This document shows positions 55,035 to 64,000 of a stretch of DNA of 64,000 bases, in pieces (within the stretch, counting starts at the first letter, position 1; the number at the start of each line of letters is the position of its first letter). The notes beneath the pieces are model-generated. The model had not been told where the DNA came from and did not search any database. It saw only the letters and a list, made by a program, of their open reading frames with translations. A program made the position numbers and the translations under genes. This stretch comes from Malacoraja senta (taxonomy: Eukaryota): positions 186,001-250,000 of the forward strand of contig JAXLNO010001731.1 in assembly GCA_038087875.1 (NCBI GenBank). The letters are read 5' to 3'.

Positions 55035-55354
55035 AGACCCTGTCCCACTTTCCCGAGTTACTCACGAACTCTCCCGAGTTTTCCCCTTGATTCGAATTCG
55101 GAGAATTACGCTAATAGCCGTTCGTAGGTACTCGGGGCTATTTTTTTAAACTCGTGGACATTTTTCAACATGTTGAAAAAACGTCCCGACTTACCTGATG
55201 CCCTGAGTTCCTACGGCTGGCATTACGAGCCACCACAAAACATCTACGGGCTCCTACGAGCTCGCTACCAACATTACCCGACATTCCCCGAGTTCGAATC
55301 AAGGGGAAAACTCAGGAGAGTTCGTGAGTAACTCGGGAAAGTGGGACATGTCCT
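55035..55354. mobile_element. PIF/Harbinger MITE inserted at a TAA in the previous MITE
   Basis: TAA|agaccctgtcccactttcccgagttactcacgaac...gttcgtgagtaactcgggaaagtgggacatgtcct|TAA, with central tttttcaacatgttgaaaaa. Confidence 0.88.
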
Positions 55355-56647
55355 TAACAAACCAAATGATGTACCAATGCAATAGAAATGTTTTAAAAAA
55401 ACGTTAAAATGAAATGCTTAACAAATTAGATAACTTTGGCCACCCTGTCTCGCAAATATATTGAGAATTTCAATATCATTTGGCCACTCCCCTAAAAAAT
55501 GACCCGATGGTTAACTTTGTTCTGTGTTGGTGGCTATGTACAGCGTTTCTTTTGAATGCTACCCGTCCTCTAGTGTGGAGGGAGAGGGCAGCGTTTTGTG
55601 GGATGCAGAAGGAAATGTGTGTTCATGTTGATACTGCTCCACATTCATGTTCAAAGAACTTTCATTTACTGGCCACACGCCGTAATAAAACAGGGAGCCG
55701 ATGGTGGCTCGATATGTCTCTCCCCCCCAAAAAAACACCAATTTGTGCGTCGGAATTCCCCAGTGAACCATTTCAGACCGGCTTGTTAATAACACTGCCA
55801 TTCTTTTCTACAACATGGGCGCGCCTCTTAGTCTAGACTCCCCGCCTCCCTCTTTCTCTTCCAACAGAGTCCAACGGAGTAGACGTAAGACTTGTTGTCA
55901 CAACTGTTGAATACACGCTGAATACTGGACATGTGGTCTGCTCATCACGAAAAGCTGAACGGTGCACTTGACGTTGGGTTTTCTATGCTTATGGTTGGAT
56001 CCGTCTAGTTATTTGTTGCTTATTCTGCTTCCTACATTAAATGATTTGGCTCAATATTTTGGGGTGAGAGCTATCTATGGGCAGATCCTGGTCCTTAAAT
56101 TGAAACTCTGCTCAACAACTCGATGCAAAAGCCTCTTACTTTGAAAATACACCCAATTAATTATCTCGGTGGCAGAGTAGAAAACCACACCCAGCATTAC
56201 AATTAAAAGGGAGCCGAGATAGGTTTCTTTCGCACCAAGAACACAAATACACTCGACTAATGAAAAAGCAAGTTAACATGTACTGCCGTTGATTTCAAGT
56301 TTGGCTGTGCCTCATCCCCAAGACGCCAATGGGCGCAGCCTGTGAAATAATATGATCGATACTGATCTAAAACCAATACTGAAGTCACCATTATCAATTC
56401 TGGAACTTTGCCGAGGACAAGACCCCATAAATATTCCAATACTTCAGAAATAAGTTATTGGTTTATCTTAGTTATAATAAATTATATATTTTATGTTAAT
56501 ATATATAAAATAATGTATAATCCAATCGATTATCTAATTTTATCCATCTAATTTTAACTATTGATGTTAGAGGCTCAGATATTCAGTTTGTCAGACAATG
56601 CAAATGGCCAATACATTAAAATACCGATCGGTATAGACTTAACTTAC

Positions 56648-56702
56648 CTAACAGAATCATTAGCAATGAAACCGCATAAAGAAACGTGTTCCACGCACTC
56701 AT
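56648..56702 (-). CDS. SCN3B: SCN3B coding exon 1 (signal peptide)
   Basis: ATG at 56702, MSAWNTFLYAVSLLMILL+G, donor GTAAGT, 55 nt, phase 1 and compatible with exon 2. The joined CDS is 55+161+226+139+67 = 648 nt (215 aa). Confidence 0.9.
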
Positions 56703-56976
56703 AGTCGAGGAAAGCAGGATCAACCGGCTCTTAAAGATCTTCCACGGATCCACTTGTGGCTGTTTCCTTGGATCTCAGCCCTCTCTGTCGTTACCCACTC
56801 CACAGATTCTCGTACAATAAAGCTGATTAAAACAAGCGACTTGATTTTAATGCATGTTTTAAAAGAATCGCTTCAGCGTGGTCCTTTAACGCCAGTCACC
56901 AACAGGTTTCCATCCGCCTGTCTTCTAGTTCCTTTGTGTTGTTCGCTCTCCGCGCAGACTACGCTACACTTGAGGT

Positions 56977-56997
56977 TTCAGCACTACAGACAGCGCC
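56977..56997 (+). promoter_or_regulatory. RE1/NRSE (REST-binding) element
   Basis: TTCAGCACTACAGACAGCGCC versus consensus TTCAGCACCACGGACAGCGCC (19/21), about 275 bp upstream of the SCN3B ATG. Confidence 0.85.
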
Positions 56998-57240
56998 TGA
57001 TAAAGCACATTCACAGATACAAGTGGTGCCTTTAATTCGCGTTTAAAATAGTGGCACAACCTGAAAATCGATCCAGTATTTACCTTCAAACCAACACGTC
57101 GATTATCACAAAATATCCTGTCTATTTAGTTCGCTTAACACTGAGGTTATGGACAGGTGCAAACAACATATATACTTTCAAAACAATCTGCTGTTGATTA
57201 CCACTAATATTTTTTGAACAGGATACTGTTCGCTTGGTGC

Positions 57241-57301
57241 TCCTGGTGAAGGATCCAGTTGGCTTTAGTGTTCCTGGTGAAGGATCCAGTTGGCTTTAGT
57301 G
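57241..57301. repeat. Perfect 30-bp duplication, period 31
   Basis: tcctggtgaaggatccagttggctttagtg at 57241-57270 and 57272-57301. Confidence 0.9.
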
Positions 57302-58221
57302 CTTCTCTTGTGTGTCCCGGTCCCTCTATTAATATTCCCACTCTTACTCCACCCTCCTTCCAGAGGGTGGAGTAACAGTAACAGCACAGACACGCATGCG
57401 TTGACAGTCTACATTGTAATCTGTTATACTCGGTGTTTATTTCATTTGCACTGGTTATTGCAGCCCAATTGTTCCTTACTTTCTCTGACCACGTCAACAA
57501 GGAAGGCATGTTCGCTTAAGCCTGAATCCGAACCATCAACATTTCCCCCCAAAGTGCTGAAGAGGCTGAAAAGTTCCGGATTCCTTCCCACCCCGTTTGT
57601 ATACGCCCTTTTAGTTAGTTCCGATGTATTATCAACGCTCACTTCTCACTGATAATGTCAGTAATGCTTCAGCATATCGTACCCGGAGCACTAGAGCTCG
57701 TCCGAGAGAGAGAGGTCGTCAAGAGAAACAATGCCAAATATGGTGTCCAATGTGTGTTCGGAGAAATATCTGCCCTTGGGAAAGGTGCCAACAGCATACC
57801 ATCTACACGCTGGCATTTGCTGGTATAATGGGACCGGCTTTGAATGGCGTTACCCCGAGCACCAGCATAACAGAGCTAGAACACAGAAACATTCTCGCGA
57901 TGTATTATTCACTGACAATCATTTATTTATTTACTTTTAAGATTTTTACAGATATGCCAAGCGTAGATATTGTAAAGAAAATACTACGTCGGTTGAAACT
58001 GTCATTTGCTTTGTTAAGAGTAAAAATGAGCTGCCAATGGTTTAGTTATACAGACTTTTATTTGTGACTTTGTCATTCAAATATATGCTAAATAGGTTTA
58101 AATGAATACAACAATAATTATATAAATATATATTCACATCAGTAACTAACCCTTTCTCATCTTACCTAAAGGCAATCACAGCTATTAAAACAATATTGAA
58201 TATGCTGCTGGCATTAAAGGT

Positions 58222-59460
58222 TCCAAGTGTGACCTCACCAATGTCTGAAACAACTATAACATGACCTCTCAACTTCTATACTCAATACTCTGACTCATTA
58301 AGGCCAATGTGCTGAAAGGCTTCTTGACCACCATATGTACAATGTACTTCCACATCACCCTCCATGAAGCCAATGTTCTATCCAGCCATCTAGCTCTCCT
58401 TGGATCCCATGCAATCTAATCTTCCAGACAGCCTACTATACGGAACCTTGTCAGATGTTTTGCTGAAATCCATATACTGTATACAACGTCTACAGCTCTG
58501 CCCTCATCAACATTTTTGGTCACATCTTCAAAAAACAAAGATTTGTGAGGCACGATCTCCCATGTACAAAACCATGCTGACTATTCCTTATCAGCCCCTG
58601 CCCATCTAAATGCATGTACATCTTATCCCTCAGAGTACTCTCTTGTAACTTTCTGACAGCTGATGTTAGACTCAGTGGTCTCTAGTTCCCAGGCTTTTCC
58701 CTGCATCCCTTCTTAAATAGAGGCACAACATTTGCCACCCACGAATCTTCCGGCACCTCACCTGTATTTAATGATAACTCATAAATCTCAGCCGGGGCAC
58801 CTGCATTTACTCTCTAGCTTCCCACATTGTCCTCGGATATATCTCGAGATTTATCCACCTTCATACGTGGTACAACATTCAGCACCTCCTCGACCATAAT
58901 ATTGACTGCCCTCAAGCCACTTCCATTGTCTGCCCCAAGTTTCCTGGTCCTCGTGTCTTTATGGTAAAAACAGGGAAGAAATACTCATTAAGGACCTTGT
59001 CCATCTTCCATGGCTTCACACAGAGTTGACCACTTTGATTCATTCTCCGGTTACACATTTTCTCTTAATATATTTATAAAATCTATCCTTAATATTATCT
59101 GCCTGAGCTATCTCCGTCCCCTTTTTGCCCTCCCGATTTCCTTTTTTTGCTTGCTCCTTGGTTCCCCAGACTTCTCCCGGGATACATTTGACTCTAGCTG
59201 CCTATACCTGCCCCACTCCTCCTCCTTATTCTTGACCAGAGCTTCAATTTCACTCATCATCCAAGCTTCCTTACACCCATCTGCTTTGCCCTTCACTCTA
59301 GCAGGAACATGCAGGTCCTGGACTCTTGTCGGTATTCTTTGAAAAACATCTCACTCTCTAGACATTCCTTTTCCTTCAAACCATCTGCTAGAATCAACTT
59401 GAACAAATTCTAATACGTTCAAAGTTGGCCCTACCCCAATTTAGAAATTTAACTTGTGAG
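58222..59460 (-). mobile_element. Internally deleted CR1 LINE
   Basis: ggaaccttgtcagatgttttgctgaaatccata (reverse of the CR1 Y.DFSK.FDKV motif); peptide EAWMMSEIEALVKNKEE...KKEIGRAKRG. Confidence 0.78.
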
Positions 59461-61129
59461 CTCATAGCCCTGAAACAACATTTTTTTATTAGTAGCCTCT
59501 CCAACTAGAGATTGTCCAAATGTAAGAAGAATCCCCTGTCTTTATCTTTTAGGATTGCTTGGCTTTCAGCTTTTATTTGTACATTTAAAATTCCATTTAC
59601 TCATTTTCTTCAGTTTTTCTTGTCAAGTTTCCAACATTTGTCACACAGTTTCCTCCTGAAAACACCGACTTAACTTGTGCAGGCAGATGAGAAAAAATGT
59701 CATAACTTGACAATTGGAGCAAGGAAATGTTTTACTCTGGGTTTACAAAGTTCCATACCATATGGACTGAACAGTAGGAGAAGGAATTCTCCTACTGTAG
59801 GTTGATTACAAGTAGCTGGATGTTTCATGGAGGAAGTTGAACATTATCCTGATAGCAAATGAAGCAAATGTCATTTGAGATTTTGCTGCTGAAATACACA
59901 GTGCAGCAACACCTACTTCTTTGTTGAGATGGGTTGTGAAATACACTGGCCTTTCCTTGATTATTTTATTCTGCCTATTCACTGGGATTGTGTTACAGCA
60001 TATTTAATGGTAGCAGAAAATTTATTTTTCGCATTGGTCGCTAAGAATATTTAGGCAATAAGAGTTGCCCATTTCTGAGGAGTTAATAAAATGACAATGA
60101 TGTCTGTTATTGTCAATTTGAACATCCTCAAAAAATGTTAATTTTCACTGGAAAAGTGTTTTTAATTAATATGTGCCCAGCTATTAGAATGAACATTAAT
60201 TCATGCAAAATAATTCTTATCTTGTTAACTACTGCTTTGATTTTTGTGGTATTACTCCCTAAGGAGGACAATTAATAAGGTATTGTTTCTTTTCTGACTG
60301 TGTCAAAAACAAACTGTGCACAACATTGAAGCATTCTAACTGACAGCAATATGTCATTTGCTACAAACATTTAATCTATAAATCTCACATTCTGCAACAT
60401 TTTAAAATGGTGTATTCATTGAATATGAATTCCAATGATAGCAGTGCATATCATAATTATATACTAACCTTATTACCGATGAATAGAATGGCATTTGAAG
60501 GCTAGCTACTTATGAAGGTAGAGAACAATCTAGGCTTGCTCAGTAAGAAGACACAAAGGATGATTTATTAATATAACAAAAAGATGCTGACTTGTAATAG
60601 AGGCCATAAAAGCTGATTCGAATGGTGTGGACAAATTAAAAATGGACTGAGTATTACTTAGGGGGTATTAAGCAGGTTACATATTGCCTTTCAATAGCTT
60701 GAATGCCAGAAGTGGGAAAAGGTTTGTTTGGATTATAATTATCCTATTAGACTGGCCTGGAAATTGCAGTTTGATTGTAAATTGCCATCTTACGATATTT
60801 CAAGAATTCAGTAAAATAAATAATCGTAAGGTAACTTCCTGCTGTACCTAAACATTTTGGAAAGAATGGCCAGAATTCACTATGACCCGAAACAGACTAC
60901 CTCCCTTTTACTTCCCCCCCACCCCCGCCGACAGACATAGACACATACACTCTCCCAAAACACCACACAGACATGCCAATGCCTTCTATTTGTTGCAAAT
61001 CTGGCGTGTAATGAAATATTCTCTTCCACATTTCCAACAACTCCCCAAGGATGAAGCAACCTGCCTGGTGACATCCGATTCATCAGCTAAAACCTCATAG
61101 TGTTGTTTCTTCTATGATATCACCTGCAA

Positions 61130-61330
61130 ATCTCAGTGCATCTGAAGGAATATATATCATTGTTCCTTCATCAACATGTGGTCTAAATCCTGCAGTGCTA
61201 GCCAACAGCACTGTGGGAGTAGTTTCAGCACAAGCATTCCAACATTCACAATGGGTCACTGCCACCAGCTGAAGGGAAACTGGGGATGGGCATTAACCTC
61301 ACCAGCAATGTGCACGTCCTTCAAGAGAAC
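61130..61330 (+). mobile_element. Old CR1/L2-type LINE 3' end
   Basis: aacagcactgtgggagta...ctcactgccacc...aactggggatgggcatt resembles chondrichthyan LINE 3' UTRs from recall. Confidence 0.5.
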
Positions 61331-62380
61331 AAACACTGGTTAACTCGCTGAATGTCCATCAGTTTCTGTATTACAATTCCTGATAATATCATTTGTAGAT
61401 TTTATGTTGAGGCATCTATTAATATAATTTCATACTTCATGACATACAGATTGATGCATTAGAGAAAAACATTCTTAAAAGGTTGTGAAACTTAATACAT
61501 TCTAACAAAATGCTATATTATTCCCAAAATGAAACTTCATAAAATGTTTGTGATCTTTCTGATCATATACAAAATATCTAGATTCTTCCCACACTTGCGC
61601 ATCACACAAAAATATTAAATTTGTCTTTATAAAATGACCAAGAGCTTACTTTCAGATTGGCAGTACTTTTATTATTTATATTTTATTGAAGCAAAAAGAT
61701 GGCACTCTTGACATGACTGAATGATTAGAGAGGGCTAAAACTACTTTAATTTGATACATGCAGACAATCTTCAGTGCAACATTGTCATTTTCTCACCTAA
61801 AAGTGATTTTTATTAATGAGTTTTTTTTCTCAAAGTGCTAATTAACCCAAGACCATATCTTATTTACTTCAGCCAAGCTGAGAAATAGAATCAGGAGCAA
61901 GCCTCAAAGTTACTCGGCTTTTCAACATGATCACAGTTTCAACTCCATTTTACTGCCCTGTCCTGATATCCCTTGATTACTTTAATGTCTAGTAACTAAA
62001 GCATCCACAATTACTATATTCACCTCTTCCAAAACTCTGGGATGTAGATTATCAGGATTGTCAGGTTTTGTTACAGATGCATTAACTAAATTATTTGTTG
62101 TACTTCCTTGTTTGCAATGGATGCTTGTTTTTGATGTGTTATCTTATGATGAATCTCTGGAATTCTTTACCCCAAAAGGTTCTGGTGGTTAATCTTTGTA
62201 GGCATTTAAAGAAGAAGTAGATATACCACTGAAAAACTAGAGAATTGAGTACTGAAGAGGACTGGTACTGAAGAGGAAATGAAGCCTTGAATGTCAAGAC
62301 AGGCTTGTGGCCTACACCTGTTTTTATTTTCTTAAGTTCTGAATAAAATTTTGTTTAATTCCAATCTCATTTCCTCACTG

Positions 62381-63010
62381 TAGACACAAGGAACTACAGA
62401 TGCTGGTTTCCAAAAAAAAGACAATGCTGGAGTAACTCAGCAGGTCAGGTAGCATCTCTGGACGTGTCAGATTGGGATTCTTCTTCTGACTGATTGTAGA
62501 GGAGGGAGAATGCTGGAGGAGAGGTGGGGGCAAGTCAGCCAAGCAAGAGATATGTGGATGCAGGTGAGGATCATGTTTGATAGGCAGAGGCCAGAGCTAA
62601 AAGACAAATAGTGTGAGATAAGGGGGAAAAAAAGGATTGAAGAGGTGTGAAATGTGAAGCCTGAGGAAGGAATATAGGTGGGGAGGGGGAGGGGAAAGGA
62701 ATAAATGGATGTGCATCCTGGTGGGGCCCTGGGAAAAGAGGGGGGAGAAAGGTGATGAGTGGGGGGGGGGAGCAGACCTGTCCTGATACCTCCTCCCATA
62801 TCCATCCATGGATCCCTGCAGCCCTTCCAGGTGAGATAAAGATTCACGTGTACCTCCTCTAACTGCATTTGGTATTACCTACCTGCTCCCCTTTCCATCA
62901 GCAAAACCAAGTTTAGACAAAGCGACTGTTTTCCTGAACACTTGCACTCAATCTGCCAAGGCCTGCTGGATCTCCTGGATGATAATTTTAACTCTCTTTC
63001 CATACTGACC
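62381..63010. mobile_element. Inverted Penelope-like remnants
   Basis: Minus arm agacacaaggaactacagatgctgg...gagtaactcagcaggtcagg...ttcttcttctgactgattg; plus arm cccttccaggtgagataaagattcacgtgtacctcctctaac (GIY-YIG region). Confidence 0.7.
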
Positions 63011-63255
63011 TTTTTTTCTCCAGTAAGTCGTGGTTGAATCACTTTCCCTGTCGTGCATTAAGGGATTTTTAGCAAATCATGTTCCCCAATCTAGCCCAGC
63101 ATCCCGCCCTCCAATCTTCATAGTTTTCTTTATTACATTGAAAATCTTGGTTTTGAAACTGTATGGTTTTTAAGTATGATGTAAAATTCTACAATATTCT
63201 GGTCGCTCTTAGCTAAATGCCTTCTTACATTAAAATAACTAATTAATTAATTCTT

Positions 63256-63674
63256 TTTTTTTTTAAATAATATTTTTATTAGAAGTCAGACACAGTGGTA
63301 TAAACCAAGAATAATATAATACATTTCATGTACAACTTGTTTTAAAATTTAATAATAAAAAAGTAGTAGAAGCAAAGAGAGAGAAAAATAAAGTTAGGTA
63401 AGGTAGTGAAAGTGATAGTTCGTGAAAAAGTGCAAGGAAAAGAGAGAGAAGAAGCAAGAAAAAGAGAGAGAAAAAAAAAGGGAAAAACAATAAATATTTT
63501 TTTTTTTAAATAAAAGGGATTACCTGCTTCGTATCTTTGCGCACCCCTCACCCGGTTCTGAAACTGTTAATTTCCAGGGTTATGTTGCACCATATGCTTG
63601 TAATAAGTCGATAAAGGGAGACCAAATCTTTAAGAATTGGTCTGATTTGCCTGCTAGGACGAATCTCATATCTT
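63256..63674 (-). mobile_element. Short 5'-truncated L1 (second subfamily)
   Basis: Perfect 17-bp TSD CTAATTAATTAATTCTT (63239-63255 and 63675-63691), poly(T) tail, and ORF2 end EDMRFVLAGKSDQFLKIWSPFIDLLQAYGAT*. Confidence 0.9.
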
Positions 63675-63777
63675 CTAATTAATTAATTCTTAGTTGGTTC
63701 ATCAACATACTAATTTGAAAATATACCTCACATACATTTCAGGAATTCAACCTCCATACTTAAGTATTTATTTTCAG

Positions 63778-64000
63778 GGCAGGTCGGGGGGAGTTCCGCC
63801 CACCACGGGTACCATGTAATCCCGTGCTACCTGCTCCTGCCAGGTGAGGAGGGGGCTGTGGACCCTCCAGAGGACCAAAAACAAGACCTGTCAAAGGGCG
63901 GATGAGCTCCTGGGGAGCCAACGGCCATCCACACTTCAGTAGAAGTTGCGATCACTGTCGTAAGGCACCGTGCCCGTTGATGTTTTCAACGATGATGATG
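63778..64000 (+). mobile_element. Short GC-rich structured element with (GAT)n tail, probably RTE-related and non-autonomous
   Basis: Abrupt GC-rich block with several complementary stems, ending cgatgatgatg at the window edge. The family assignment is inference. Confidence 0.45.

Larger units (their letters stand above)
55440..58000. promoter_or_regulatory. SCN3B: CpG-enriched SCN3B promoter / first-exon region
   Basis: Visibly higher CpG density than the CpG-depleted background, no recognisable TE, and it surrounds the ATG exon. Confidence 0.6.

Noticed and set aside
57204-58067. Cluster of 100-147 aa ORFs upstream of SCN3B
   Set aside because: The ORFs overlap on both strands with no recognisable protein similarity, which is expected in a GC/CpG-richer promoter region.

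Overview
AT-rich vertebrate genomic DNA, most likely a cartilaginous fish (skate/ray-like), judged from the HE1/V-SINE, CR1, Rex1 and Penelope repeat complement. Two convergent protein-coding genes are present. The first is the last two coding exons and long 3' UTR of GRAMD1B (+ strand). The second is a complete five-coding-exon SCN3B (Nav beta-3 subunit, - strand, 56702->30653, 648 nt, 215 aa), with a CpG-enriched promoter region carrying a near-consensus RE1/NRSE (REST) site. This GRAMD1B-SCN3B tail-to-tail arrangement matches mammals. The rest is intron/intergenic DNA rich in transposable elements: a young internally deleted Gmr1-like Gypsy element (578-bp LTRs, CTGAG TSD, tRNA-Pro PBS), an L1 with a 5' inversion of twin-priming geometry and a 16-bp TSD, palindromic PIF/Harbinger MITEs, Penelope-like remnants with decayed minimal hammerhead motifs and fold-back structures, and a small pseudoknotted (GAT)n-tailed element at the window end. 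There are no prokaryotic features or CRISPR arrays, and most ORF-track entries are spurious. I cannot claim a wholly new biological system; the most novel-looking items are mobile-RNA structures and integration signatures. All coordinates were read by eye; TE boundaries without TSDs are approximate.
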